Program-made: the position numbers and the translations under genes | Origin: a virus | Lineage: Duplodnaviria; Caudoviricetes | Reading direction: 5' to 3' (one strand) | IMG/VR virus record: IMGVR_UViG_3300037634_002400 | Location: 1 to 34,497 of that record | DNA: 34,497 nt | Notes under the pieces: model-generated | What the model was told of the DNA's origin: nothing | The model's database searches: none | The model's input: only the letters and a program-made list of their open reading frames with translations | Shown here: one piece after another, positions 1-10,179 of the stretch | How the letters are laid out: every line of letters starts with the position of its first letter | How positions within the stretch are numbered: the first letter of the stretch is position 1

Positions 1-2
1 CT

Positions 3-1868
3 GGAGATTCTTTTGACTCTTCTGATTCTACAGATTATTCTATTTATGAAACTGGACATATTACCGAAGAGGGATCTGGCCCCTATGGAGGATCTAATAC
101 GGATGTAGGAAACGTTTCTGGAGGTGGTTCAACTTCTGGAGGTGGTTCAACTTCTGGAGGTGGTTCAACTTCTGGAGGTGGTTCAGGATCAGCGCCAGGT
201 AGACCTGGAGTTATACCTGGAACAGGTGGAAACGCTCCTTTAGACATACCCAACCAGCAGTACGGCAACGCTCCTAGACAACTATTATCTATTTTAGGAG
301 GATCAATATTTAACAACACAGGTGGAGTTTCAGATCAAATGACAGAACAAGATTTACAAGATTTATTCGAAGAACTAGGGCTCCAAGGAGAACAAGGACT
401 CCAAGGACTCCGAGGAGAAGCCGGAGAACGTGGAGAAGCTGGACTTCGTGGCTTGGAGGGCCAACAAGGCTTACGAGGAGAGCAAGGTTTGCGAGGACTA
501 GAGGGGAGAGAAGGACAACGTGGCGAACAGGGTTTACGTGGCGAAGCAGGTCAGGCTGGAGAGCGTGGTCAGGCTGGAGAGCGTGGTCAGGCTGGAGAGC
601 GTGGTGAAGCGGGCCAACAGGGTTTACGAGGAGAACAAGGTTTACGCGGACAAGAAGGAAGGACGGGAGAGACTGGACTTAGGGGAGAGACTGGACTTCA
701 AGGCCTTACGGGAGACCGAGGGCTTCAGGGACTTACGGGGGACCGAGGGCTTCAGGGGCTGCAGGGCATCCAAGGGCTTATGGGCCAAACTGGAGCCCAA
801 GGAGTTCAAGGTATTCAGGGCATTCAGGGCTTTACGGGAGAAACTGGTGCAACTGGAGCAACGGGTGCAACTGGAGCAATAGGTGCAACGGGTGCTCAGG
901 GAATTCAAGGGATTCAAGGACTAATGGGTCAAACCGGTGCTACAGGAGCTACTGGTGCTACAGGAGCTACTGGTGCTACAGGAGCTACTGGTGCTACAGG
1001 AGCTACTGGTGCAACTGGTGCTCAAGGAATCCAAGGACTAATGGGTCAAACCGGAGCTACGGGAGCTACGGGTGCTCAAGGAATTCAGGGAGAAGCAGGT
1101 GCAACTGGGACGTTTGATACCAGTAGTTTTAAGGACTTGATGCCAGATCTACTTGCGTTTCAGCCAGGTGCGTATACATCTGATTTTCGAAGGGGAGAAA
1201 TCCTCCCAACTGCTACAGGACAGCAGCAAATGCCAGGAGGAATGCAAGATTACCTTAGCGGAGTAATGGACATGGAGTCCGTTATTAACCCAAGGCAAAC
1301 CGGCCAGATGGGTGCCGACTATCGTGCTTTAACGGGTCAAACGGGTACCGGAATGGGTGATCGAAACGACGCCATGCTACAAGGCGTTTTGGGTCAAGCT
1401 CAATCTCAATCACAAACGGCAGACCAACTTCGAAGTGGTGCTGGAATGCTGACTGATTTTGAAAAAATGCAAATGCGAGAAAACGCATCTGCTATAAGTG
1501 CGGGAAGGGGAAGAAGAGATGACAACGCATTGTTGGCAAACATCATGAATCGAACCCAAGCAGAGTCTCACAGAAATTATCTAAAAGACCTTGATCTTGC
1601 CAACAGAACCTCACAAGGGGCATACGGGGGATACGGTACGGCTTCCTCTATGCAAAGCAGAGGCTTGCAAGACATTTTGGGAACCGGACAGCAGGTTGGA
1701 ATTGACCCAGCTCAAGGCGTAAACATTGCAGGTGCAGACATTGCCAATGCCATAGGATTAGAAAACGCCCAAATGGTTGCTGATGCCGCCAGGAAATCGG
1801 GTCAGGCATCCTTTGGGAGCAAGATAGCCGGATCTCTTGCTGATTATTTGTTAAGACCAAAGGGCTAA
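3..1868 (+). CDS. Collagen-repeat virion protein with ejection/pilot-protein-like C-terminus (5' truncated)
   Basis: The frame of ORF 339..1868 is open back to base 3 ([12 protein letters not shown]...SGGGST repeats), so the true start is upstream of the window. 81 uninterrupted Gly-X-Y triplets at 378-1106; Gln/Ala/Gly-rich C-terminus; lies before two other putative internal virion genes. Confidence 0.75.
   Translation, partial: GDSFDSSDSTDYSIYETGHITEEGSGPYGGSNTDVGNVSGGGSTSGGGSTSGGGSTSGGGSGSAPGRPGVIPGTGGNAPLDIPNQQYGNAPRQLLSILGGSIFNNTGGVSDQMTEQDLQDLFEELGLQGEQGLQGLRGEAGERGEAGLRGLEGQQGLRGEQGLRGLEGREGQRGEQGLRGEAGQAGERGQAGERGQAGERGEAGQQGLRGEQGLRGQEGRTGETGLRGETGLQGLTGDRGLQGLTGDRGLQGLQGIQGLMGQTGAQGVQGIQGIQGFTGETGATGATGATGAIGATGAQGIQGIQGLMGQTGATGATGATGATGATGATGATGATGATGAQGIQGLMGQTGATGATGAQGIQGEAGATGTFDTSSFKDLMPDLLAFQPGAYTSDFRRGEILPTATGQQQMPGGMQDYLSGVMDMESVINPRQTGQMGADYRALTGQTGTGMGDRNDAMLQGVLGQAQSQSQTADQLRSGAGMLTDFEKMQMRENASAISAGRGRRDDNALLANIMNRTQAESHRNYLKDLDLANRTSQGAYGGYGTASSMQSRGLQDILGTGQQVGIDPAQGVNIAGADIANAIGLENAQMVADAARKSGQASFGSKIAGSLADYLLRPKG
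117..185 (+). repeat. 18-bp tandem repeat TCTGGAGGTGGTTCAACT, 3 full copies plus a partial, encoding (SGGGST)n
   Basis: Units at 117, 135, 153 and a partial at 171. Confidence 0.95.
378..1106 (+). repeat. Collagen-like (Gly-X-Y)81 coding repeat with internal 18-bp tandem duplications
   Basis: Gly at every third residue; exact DNA tandems such as GGTCAGGCTGGAGAGCGT x3 and GGTGCTACAGGAGCTACT x4. Confidence 0.95.
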
Positions 1869-1895
1869 CACAAAATTAAACTGGTAAAATAGATT

Positions 1896-2888
1896 ATGTT
1901 CAAAGGATCATCACAGATAAATCCACAGGCCCTTAAGGTCGATTACTCGGGCATTGAAAGAGCAGCTGCAATTAAGCAGCAAACTCTTGCTGATTTGGGT
2001 GGGGTCATTAGCCAAGGAATAAAATCTCACCAAAAGAGACAAGAGGAAAAGCTAAAGAAAGAATCTGCTATGGCCATTATTCGTGACCACGCGAAGCAGT
2101 CTGGCCGCACAATGAGCGAACAGGACGTTAAGGATATTTACGGTAATTCAGACTCTGAAACCATTCTTAAGCAAGGAGCAATATTGAGAGACTTGGCCCA
2201 ATATGACGCCTCAGAAAGAAAAAGAATAGCAGCAGAAGAAGCTACGATTACGGCTTTGAATAGGGCTAACGAAATAGCAAAAGCCCGAAATGCAATAGCA
2301 AAGAAACAAGCTGCCGCATCCAGAATGAATGCAAAAAGGAGTCTATTGGGAGCAAGAGCTGAGAAGAGACGCGATAGGGAAGAGTTTAATACTGGAAAGA
2401 AACACAGGATAGCTACTAGTGCTTCGATTCAGGCCATGAACACAACAGACGCACAAGGAAATCGTGTGACACCTTCCATTAATGCTGCTCTTGATGAGTA
2501 TAAAAGGCAAGGCGGAAATAAGGCTGGTGAATTTGCAAAAGAGTTTTACGCAACATATCCTGAAGCCAGGAAGTATAGTACAAAATATAAGGACGATCAG
2601 GGCAATGAAAAAACGGCCTTAGTAATAAATGGCCAACTAATTCCTACAGATAATCGCAGTACGGTACTTAAAGCCGTTGATAATCTAGTGAACCGGAAAG
2701 ACGCACAAGGAAATCCTTTGTTTAGCGAGGCAAAAAAGAACGAAATACTAAGGGAGCTTACAACAACATTAACTTCTAAAAGCGGAGGCGGAGCTGATGC
2801 CATTGATGCGATGATAGTTAGGCTTATAGAACCACAGTTAAGAAAACAACTTGGTTTAGATGAAATTCCAAGCGTACCGTACAAATAG
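1896..2888 (+). CDS. Putative internal virion (ejection) protein
   Basis: 330 aa, Ala/Lys/Glu-rich and probably helical; sits between the collagen protein and the giant protein, the usual position of podovirus ejection genes. Function inferred from position. Confidence 0.5.
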   Translation: MFKGSSQINPQALKVDYSGIERAAAIKQQTLADLGGVISQGIKSHQKRQEEKLKKESAMAIIRDHAKQSGRTMSEQDVKDIYGNSDSETILKQGAILRDLAQYDASERKRIAAEEATITALNRANEIAKARNAIAKKQAAASRMNAKRSLLGARAEKRRDREEFNTGKKHRIATSASIQAMNTTDAQGNRVTPSINAALDEYKRQGGNKAGEFAKEFYATYPEARKYSTKYKDDQGNEKTALVINGQLIPTDNRSTVLKAVDNLVNRKDAQGNPLFSEAKKNEILRELTTTLTSKSGGGADAIDAMIVRLIEPQLRKQLGLDEIPSVPYK

Positions 2889-2905
2889 CTTTAAAAAAAT
2901 GATCA

Positions 2906-5900
2906 ATGGCAGTAGAAGTAATTTTTCAAACTCCCGAAGGAGATAAAAGAGTTAATATTACAGGTGTTGATTCTTTCGATGACAGTCCAGAAGTTAAAGC
3001 TAATCTCCTAAAAATAGGAGAAAGGTATGGTGCTACTGACGTTGATTATCCCGTTCAGTCACCCGACAAGGTAGAGATGGCCCCTGAGGGGCCACCAGAT
3101 GCCCCAGGTGACGCTGAAGGCGATGGCTTTAGGGATTTGTCTAGCCTTGTAACAGGTGGGGCTACTGTGCCAGGAACAGTTAGGCCAGGGAGCGGTGTAA
3201 GCCCCCTTGAACAAAGCAGCCCAGACCTAATAACAACCGAAAACGCAATTAAAGTTGCTAAGTTTGGTGGTGGCCTTGGAACAGAAATAGCCACGGGTCT
3301 ATCTGGGCAAGCCCTGGGAACAGCAATTGGAGCCTTTGGAGGTCTCCCTGGCATACTTGCTGGATACACAATTGGATCACTTGCTGGTGGGTTCTTGGGC
3401 TCTTTGGCGGCTCAAAAGATAGAAGGACAAGACATAAACCTTGGTCGGGCGTTTGCCGCCGGTATAGTTAATTTGTTTCCGTCTGGAGCGGCAATAAAAG
3501 GAGGACTTAAGACCACTCAGGCAGTTGCTCCTGCAGCGATGAGAAAGATGGCAAGTAAGGAATTTGCCAAGGGAGTTACGCCATCTCTTAAAGCACTAAC
3601 TGCATTGTCTAAAGCTTCTGACGCACCGCTAACCAAGAAACTTACTGGAGGAAGAGTTTCAAGTCGAGTTGCAGATGCTGCTCTTAGAGGTGGTGGGATT
3701 GGTGCAGTATCTGTTCAAGCGGATATGCGCCTTGGTGGAGATAAAGATAAAGTAAAGAGGTTTGCTACTCCTTTAGAAACTCTAAAGGGCGTGGCCATTG
3801 GGGCGGGATTTGGAGCAGGACTTGATGTAGCAGCCAACAAACTTATGGGTGCAATAGCGAAAAGATCTAAGAAGGCACCAGTTGGAGAAACAACCGAACA
3901 ACAAATAAACCGATTAGCCTACGAAAGTCCTGAAACGGCTGACGACTTAGCTAAAAGCGTAAATTCTTTAATTGATGATGCGGCTATATCTAAGTTAAAG
4001 GAAAGTGTAGGCAAGCAAACATCTGCACTTCAGTCAATAAAGTCTGCTGCTCCTATTTCTAGGAAAGATATTAATACTCCCCAAGACCTAAGGAATAGCG
4101 AAAGGTTTGATCGTTGGGTTATGGGTGGGGAGGACAAGGGGTTGGGTCCTAACCCAATCAAGGACACAAGCCTTAATTCTTTGGCTGCAATAAATAAACA
4201 GAGTGGTCAAATTAAATTTAACTGGGAAAGGATTAAAGAAGATTGGGACAATGACTTAGCCTATCTAAGAGGAGAAGCAAATGATCTTCCAGTGTCTAAA
4301 CAAAAGGCTAAAGTCTTTGAAGATATTGACCTTGATAAATTTAAAATTGAGCTAGGTTCACCTGAGGCATATGCAAAATTTATTTTTGCTCATGAAATTG
4401 GTCACAAAACTCTTCAAAAAGATATTGCTTACCCCAAAGACTTAATGGCCCCAAAGACCATTGCTTTGGAGCGTCAGGCAAATGAAGAAGCTGCTAGATT
4501 GATGGGAATAGATTGGAGTTTATTATCTAAAGCTCCACCTAAGGCCACAAAAACCGACAGTGCCCCCGATGTATTTTCGGACCCCATATCTTCAGGATAT
4601 TTTAAGACAGGTGATCTTTTTGAAAAGCCCTTAATCAAGCCACCTAAGCTCAAAGCCACTGGGCACAAGGATGCCTACACCAAAAAGGGCACCATAGTTG
4701 CTGGTCCAAGGAAGGGAGAGACGTACTCTACAGAAATTCCAGAGACTCATGACTGGAAGATAGACATCAAGAAAGGTGAACCGTTTTCTGCTGACGTATA
4801 TCAAGGCAGGGGTAAGACCAGGGAAGAAATCTACTCTGAGAATAGCACAAGCAAATCTCCAGTGGCAGGGGAGGCTGAATACTATGCCTTAAACGAAAGC
4901 CATGCGTCAAATTTTGGTGAAGTAACCAAACACACTGTATCTCTATATAACCCATTTGTAATAAAGAGTGGCAAGGACCTAGATAAGATTCTTGAAGAAA
5001 TCAAGGCCGAGGGTGGTAATTTAAGGGGGTATGAGGAGTATTGGGGAGCTATTGTTGGAAAGATCAAGGATGCTGGACACGATGGAATCTATGTAGAGGT
5101 TGATCAGCTCAACGAGCTGGAGGGACGCAAGTACATTGCACAAACCTTTGGTGACTCTCAAATTATAAAGTTCAGAACCCCTAAACAGCAATCAGAATTT
5201 GAGGCAGCTTATTTGGGCAAAATAAAAGAAGTTAAAAGAGCTTACGGCAACATGATGGAAGATGGGGCCAACCAACAAATAAAAGAAGATGCATCTGATA
5301 CACTTAAAGCAGCTAATAGATCTGAAACAGTTCAAGACGAAAGAACTGCTTGGAAGAAGACCGTTGACTTCACTAACAGATTAATCGCTCCTTCCTTTGC
5401 TCTCAATAACGAAACTGCTAGGGCGGTTGAAAGGGCTATAAATTACCAAAAAGCAGTTAGTGCAGCGGGTACAAAGCACCTAAATGCTATAGCCGCTTAC
5501 GTTGAGTGGGGAAACTCTAAGTTTAACCAATCTAAGTTTAGCGGAAGCCAAATTGAAAGTGACGTAAATAAGTGGATTAACGGATACTCTGCAAAAGAAA
5601 ACAACCCTCCTGAGTCAATAAAGGGAATAACTAATGACTTGATTGGGTATAGAAATATAAGAAACCAATCACAGGCTAACATAGCCAACATTATTGGTCC
5701 AGATGGAGACCCCGTAAGGGGCGATTACGCTAGCCGCAAAGAGCTTCTCGACACAATACAAAAAAGTATTGTTGAGCAAAACTATGCAACAAACATATAT
5801 GGCGTCTTCATTGACAAAAACTGGAAGCGACCCTCTAAGGTTAGGACTCTTTCTGTAAACGAAAGGTTTGCTGCTATAGCTCTACAACTAATTAAACGAG

Positions 5901-8815
5901 AACAAGACTTAATAATGGGAGGTGCCGGAAGGCCAGCAGGTGTTGAAAAAAAATTACTAACTCAAGAATCTCGTGGACTTCAAACAGATTGGGCAGGAGC
6001 AAAAAAATCAATACTAGAGCAACGCAACAGAGAGTTAAATGTGTTGCTAGCAGATGTTGCAAAGAAAAAAGAAATAGCAGAGCGAACGGGAGACCGAGTT
6101 GATCAGGCAGCATACGACCTAGATTTTGAAAAATATAAAAAAGCCCAAGAAAATATTTCTCAAGTTTCTCTTGAATTGACTCAAGCTGAAATAGAACAAA
6201 TTTATAAAAAAGCCTACCAGCTCGCTCTGGCAGAACATGCAGAAAAAGAGGCACAGTCTTTTGCCGGCAGGGCAGCACAGCGTGGTAAGCTTGAAATGGT
6301 TAAAGCACTTGATGACTCAGAAGCAATAACCGCCAACATTTTAATGGCTCAAAGAAAGATGGGTCCAGCGGAATCGACGTATTGGGACAAAAAGGGAATT
6401 GGTCTAGAGGCAGCAAATATATCCCAGCAAAACATAGCAAGACTTGAGGCTGGCTTGATGCTAGACAGGGATTTAAACGAAATCTTTATACAAGCTGCTG
6501 GAGATCCTAACTCTCCTTTTGGTAAAGTATTTATTAACCAAACGGAAGTACCGGCGGGTGCTCCTAACTATCAGAAATTACTTCAAAGAACAAATCTTTT
6601 AGACAGGGGTATATACGTTGATAGTTGGGTTAATGGACAGCTTGCAAAGCTCCTCAATGAAAACAATGAAATTGTTTCAAGCAGCCAGGAATTGCAAGTT
6701 GCTATAGACGTACTCACGAGTGGCACTACCATTTGGAAGGGTATGAAAACCTTACTGAACGCTGCTACTTGGCCTGTTAATCTTGTTGGGTCCATTTGGA
6801 CAATGACGACAAACGGAGTTTTGCCTACCTTTAGCAATGCTAAATCATGGTTTAACGGTGTAAGGATTGGGCTAAACGAATACGAATGGCTTGACCAACG
6901 TGCATCTTCAAAGATGACAACGGCACAAAGAGTTCAAGCCGTAGAAGAGTACAAAGAGCTAGTCTCTTTAGGGATTTTTTCTGAAAACGTCTCAATGGCT
7001 GACATGATGAGAAGCAACCCACAGAACTTGATGGAAAAGGTACTAAAGGGCATTCTTACTCCAGCAGCTAAGGCGTACAACATTGTTGATAATGCCGCTA
7101 GATTAACCATATTTGTTCATAACCAAAAAGTTCTTACTAAAATGTTTCCAGGCATAGAGGGCGACCTCGGTGAACTAAAAAGAGTTGCAGCAGAAATGAC
7201 CCTAGCGGGTGCTCAAGCTTATGGAAGATTAAACAAAAACATAGGTACGGGTTCAAGGCTTGGTGCTTTGGATCAATTTGTAGCTTTTAATGCAGACCTT
7301 GTTAGATCATCAACCAACCAAGCCATAGGTGGTGCTAAGATGCTTAAGGCCGATGAAAAATGGCTAAGAAAAAAATACAGAATCAAGGGAGGAAGGTTTA
7401 ACGCAACACAATCAAGGATGCATGGCTTCCATATTCTATCAGCATTGTTGGCAGTTTCATATGGTGCAATTTCTGCGGTTCGCAGAAAAAATGAAAGGGA
7501 AGGATATGACAGAGAGGAGCAAGAAGCTTTGAGTCGTTCTTATGTTCCTTTTTGGATGAAGAACAAAGAAAATATTTTCAAGAAGAGAACAAAGGAAGAC
7601 CCCATGACTGTCAATGCCGTTCAGTCTGAATACCTTTTTCCAGCTGTTGGACTTGCTGGATTGTTTAAAGACTTAATAAGAGACCCAGCTAGGTTCGGCC
7701 AAGACGTTCCCGAAAGAATTAAAAATATGTTTTTGGGAGAAGGAAATCCTATGTTTAACATGATCTCCTCAATACATTCAGGAGACCCAGACCAGTTGGG
7801 TCCAGATGCAGAAGGAATGTTTCGCCGCTACGCCGAAGATTTAATTTCCGTTGGAAGAAGAGAAATGATGCCAGGGACCTTTAAGGATATTGCTAATTAT
7901 ATCTTAGCAAACCCCAAAGAATTCCAACTTGAAACAGTTAGGCTTGCTCAAGAAATAAGCCCTTCAGGAACTCGGTTAACCCAAGCAGAGCTTAAACAAA
8001 GATTATTGGGGTATAGAATAACAAAGGTTAGACTTGATGAAAGTTTCGCTAGAGAAGTTCGTGAGCAGTACACGGATTACAAAGAGTTGCTTCAGGAAAT
8101 GAAATCTCTGTATCAAGAAAGAATTGGTAATGAGCCAGACCTATCACCTAATGCGAATGCAACTAGGGATGAATTTATAGATTCATATTTGAAGTCCAAC
8201 AACAAAAAATTTGATTTAATTATAGACAGAATGTCTGTTTTAATTAAGGACACTGTTACGGCTAAAATATTTGATAATCCAGAATTGGGTGTTGATGACC
8301 GATACTTAGTTGAGGCTCTCAAAATGTCTTCAGCCAGTAATCCATTTAAATTAAAAATTGTTGAGGGCATAAGAAGCGGCAACTTTGAATTACCCCTGTA
8401 TAACAAAAAGGACATGAACCTTTACTTGACTGACTTTGAGTCATCTAGGCTTACCGGTGGAGAATTCGCAGAAGTATTTGCTCAAGGGGCTACTAGCATA
8501 GCCAAGGCGGACTCTGTTCCAGAAATGCTAGGAGAGGCTAAAGACTTTAAAACTAGAATTAGAGGAACAATTGAGGAAATGGTTGCCGGAGCACTCAGAG
8601 AACCTGCCGAAATAAGTATTTTAAAAGAAATGTCCGTTGAACAACGAGTTAATTACTTAGTAGAAGAAGGCATTGATCCAAACAGTAATAGAGGTTTGGA
8701 ACTAGGACAAGACGTAATAACAAAAGATGTAAGAAAGGCTTACGCCATCGCTTTAGGGCTTAATCAAGTTGACCAGACTATTCGCGAAAGACGTGCCAGT
8801 GGCGGCTCTTATTGA
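2906..8815 (+). CDS. Large internal virion / polyvalent protein with Gly-zipper segment, HExxH metallopeptidase and ART-like domains
   Basis: 1969 aa. Hydrophobic Gly/Ala-rich N-terminal segments; IFAHEIGH...ERQANEEAARLM (HEIGH at 4391-4405); VYQG...GEAEYYA...SLYNPF...AGHDGI...QIIKF (4793-5188). Last gene of the virion module. Confidence 0.65.
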   Translation: MAVEVIFQTPEGDKRVNITGVDSFDDSPEVKANLLKIGERYGATDVDYPVQSPDKVEMAPEGPPDAPGDAEGDGFRDLSSLVTGGATVPGTVRPGSGVSPLEQSSPDLITTENAIKVAKFGGGLGTEIATGLSGQALGTAIGAFGGLPGILAGYTIGSLAGGFLGSLAAQKIEGQDINLGRAFAAGIVNLFPSGAAIKGGLKTTQAVAPAAMRKMASKEFAKGVTPSLKALTALSKASDAPLTKKLTGGRVSSRVADAALRGGGIGAVSVQADMRLGGDKDKVKRFATPLETLKGVAIGAGFGAGLDVAANKLMGAIAKRSKKAPVGETTEQQINRLAYESPETADDLAKSVNSLIDDAAISKLKESVGKQTSALQSIKSAAPISRKDINTPQDLRNSERFDRWVMGGEDKGLGPNPIKDTSLNSLAAINKQSGQIKFNWERIKEDWDNDLAYLRGEANDLPVSKQKAKVFEDIDLDKFKIELGSPEAYAKFIFAHEIGHKTLQKDIAYPKDLMAPKTIALERQANEEAARLMGIDWSLLSKAPPKATKTDSAPDVFSDPISSGYFKTGDLFEKPLIKPPKLKATGHKDAYTKKGTIVAGPRKGETYSTEIPETHDWKIDIKKGEPFSADVYQGRGKTREEIYSENSTSKSPVAGEAEYYALNESHASNFGEVTKHTVSLYNPFVIKSGKDLDKILEEIKAEGGNLRGYEEYWGAIVGKIKDAGHDGIYVEVDQLNELEGRKYIAQTFGDSQIIKFRTPKQQSEFEAAYLGKIKEVKRAYGNMMEDGANQQIKEDASDTLKAANRSETVQDERTAWKKTVDFTNRLIAPSFALNNETARAVERAINYQKAVSAAGTKHLNAIAAYVEWGNSKFNQSKFSGSQIESDVNKWINGYSAKENNPPESIKGITNDLIGYRNIRNQSQANIANIIGPDGDPVRGDYASRKELLDTIQKSIVEQNYATNIYGVFIDKNWKRPSKVRTLSVNERFAAIALQLIKREQDLIMGGAGRPAGVEKKLLTQESRGLQTDWAGAKKSILEQRNRELNVLLADVAKKKEIAERTGDRVDQAAYDLDFEKYKKAQENISQVSLELTQAEIEQIYKKAYQLALAEHAEKEAQSFAGRAAQRGKLEMVKALDDSEAITANILMAQRKMGPAESTYWDKKGIGLEAANISQQNIARLEAGLMLDRDLNEIFIQAAGDPNSPFGKVFINQTEVPAGAPNYQKLLQRTNLLDRGIYVDSWVNGQLAKLLNENNEIVSSSQELQVAIDVLTSGTTIWKGMKTLLNAATWPVNLVGSIWTMTTNGVLPTFSNAKSWFNGVRIGLNEYEWLDQRASSKMTTAQRVQAVEEYKELVSLGIFSENVSMADMMRSNPQNLMEKVLKGILTPAAKAYNIVDNAARLTIFVHNQKVLTKMFPGIEGDLGELKRVAAEMTLAGAQAYGRLNKNIGTGSRLGALDQFVAFNADLVRSSTNQAIGGAKMLKADEKWLRKKYRIKGGRFNATQSRMHGFHILSALLAVSYGAISAVRRKNEREGYDREEQEALSRSYVPFWMKNKENIFKKRTKEDPMTVNAVQSEYLFPAVGLAGLFKDLIRDPARFGQDVPERIKNMFLGEGNPMFNMISSIHSGDPDQLGPDAEGMFRRYAEDLISVGRREMMPGTFKDIANYILANPKEFQLETVRLAQEISPSGTRLTQAELKQRLLGYRITKVRLDESFAREVREQYTDYKELLQEMKSLYQERIGNEPDLSPNANATRDEFIDSYLKSNNKKFDLIIDRMSVLIKDTVTAKIFDNPELGVDDRYLVEALKMSSASNPFKLKIVEGIRSGNFELPLYNKKDMNLYLTDFESSRLTGGEFAEVFAQGATSIAKADSVPEMLGEAKDFKTRIRGTIEEMVAGALREPAEISILKEMSVEQRVNYLVEEGIDPNSNRGLELGQDVITKDVRKAYAIALGLNQVDQTIRERRASGGSY

Positions 8816-8820
8816 TCTCT

Positions 8821-8841
8821 AAGCCCGCTGAAGGGGCTTTT
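8821..8841 (+). terminator. Possible intrinsic terminator after the giant virion gene
   Basis: AAGCCC-gctgaag-GGGCTT followed by a short T run, 5 nt after the stop codon. Confidence 0.4.
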
Positions 8842-8917
8842 GTGCTCGGACTAATACCTTAGTATGGGTATGACCCCCAAGGACCCCTAGAGGGGCTGTG
8901 AGGAGGTAGTTAGACAC

Positions 8918-8949
8918 AAAAAAGGGGGCTCCTGATGGGGAGCCCCCTT
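8918..8949 (-). terminator. Intrinsic terminator of the replication operon
   Basis: Minus strand: AAGGGGGCTCC-ccatca-GGAGCCCCC-TTTTTT, between convergent modules. Confidence 0.8.
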
Positions 8950-9066
8950 CGACTGAGTATGAACATGCATAAGGGGTTTAAATGGGACCTACACCAGCCC
9001 CCGCTAACATTACTGTTTCGCTTACCCACAAGCCATCATGATGGTAAATTGTCTTTGGTCAAGTAG

Positions 9067-9435
9067 TTATTTTTTCCTAGAGATTAAAAACCTAAGTATC
9101 CTTAACGCTAAATCCCCCACTTCACCTGTGTCTATTTCGTTATCTTCTTTGCAATAATTTTTATTTGGAAGCTCGTTCTCAACAAGGATATCATGGCACT
9201 CTTTGTAGATCATATCACACTCATAACTGTCTTCGTGGCAATTCTTATGTTTGCTTATGTTCCCCCTAGTTCTTTTAAATAATTTGGCCAAGTCAAAGAT
9301 GTAGTGAAACTGACTCATGTAAGACATCAATGCCTTTCGGCAGGTGGCAAGGGGTTCTGATCTGTCTCGACTTCGGATAGACCCTATGTCGTATCCCAAG
9401 TGACCCGCTAATCTAATTAAGATTTCTTCTCCCAT
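9067..9435 (-). CDS. DnaA C-terminal (domain IV)-like HTH protein
   Basis: SRDRSEPLATCRKALMSYM...DLAKLFKRTRGNISKH fits the Bac_DnaA_C pattern (s..R...i...R...mY.......ig..f.RdH.tv.h), with a degenerate signature. Confidence 0.55.
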   Translation of the reverse strand: MGEEILIRLAGHLGYDIGSIRSRDRSEPLATCRKALMSYMSQFHYIFDLAKLFKRTRGNISKHKNCHEDSYECDMIYKECHDILVENELPNKNYCKEDNEIDTGEVGDLALRILRFLISRKK

Positions 9436-9480
9436 TACTTTGCCTTGTATCCGTTGAGTAGCTCTCTTTTGGTAAGTTAA

Positions 9481-10152
9481 TCATAAAAACATTCTTTCTG
9501 TAGATGGCTCTCCATTTATTACTACTCCGCATCCTAGAAGTGGACGTTGAGAATAAACCCTAGAATATCTCATAGACGGATGGTTTGGGGCAACTCCGCA
9601 ACCCACCTGCATACCCCATATGGCCCTATTGTGGTTGGCCGCAAACTCCATTCCAAGTTGACTGTGGTAATGTCCTTGCACCAAAGAACAATGTTCGTCT
9701 TTAGCGTTTGGAAGTGCAGCCAAACGTTGGCCACCCTTCCCCTTGTCTCCGTGTCGATAAATTACGTTGTCTAATCTTAAATCCGCAAACCGCTCATGTA
9801 TTTTCCATCCGCCTAGTCCCCATAGTTCCTTAAACGGAATCATAACTTCGGTCGGTAAACCAACTAAAGCTGCCTTTCGGGCCGGAAGATCACTGTGGTT
9901 CCCAATCATGTAATCAACCTTGGGGAACGCTTTGTGGATTTTGCTCACTTGCTTACGAGCTGTTTTGTACTCCTCCACTGCTCCTGGCATTGATGGGTCC
10001 TTTTCGTGAAAGCTAATTGCACTCCAGTCTACCAAATCACCAATGTGAACAACTCGATTGCAGTTGTATTTTCGTTCTATTTTTTTTAAAAATGAGATGT
10101 ATTTTGGGTGCATGGCAGGGGCATGGGTATCTCCAATGACTAAAACTCTCAT
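9481..10152 (-). CDS. Calcineurin-like metallophosphoesterase
   Basis: All five motifs present: IGDTH, HIGDLVD, GNH, HGD, GHYH. Confidence 0.9.
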   Translation of the reverse strand: MRVLVIGDTHAPAMHPKYISFLKKIERKYNCNRVVHIGDLVDWSAISFHEKDPSMPGAVEEYKTARKQVSKIHKAFPKVDYMIGNHSDLPARKAALVGLPTEVMIPFKELWGLGGWKIHERFADLRLDNVIYRHGDKGKGGQRLAALPNAKDEHCSLVQGHYHSQLGMEFAANHNRAIWGMQVGCGVAPNHPSMRYSRVYSQRPLLGCGVVINGEPSTERMFL

Positions 10153-10179
10153 GTTGAATATGCGGTTGGGGGTTAGGTT

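Noticed and set aside
83-319. Pro-rich minus-strand ORF (PPPEVE repeats)
   Set aside because: Antisense shadow of the (SGGGST)n stretch in the open + frame continuing into the collagen gene.
2906-8815. Giant protein as a virion RNA polymerase
   Set aside because: No DxDGD or T7/N4-type polymerase motifs were found by eye; a very divergent enzyme cannot be wholly excluded.
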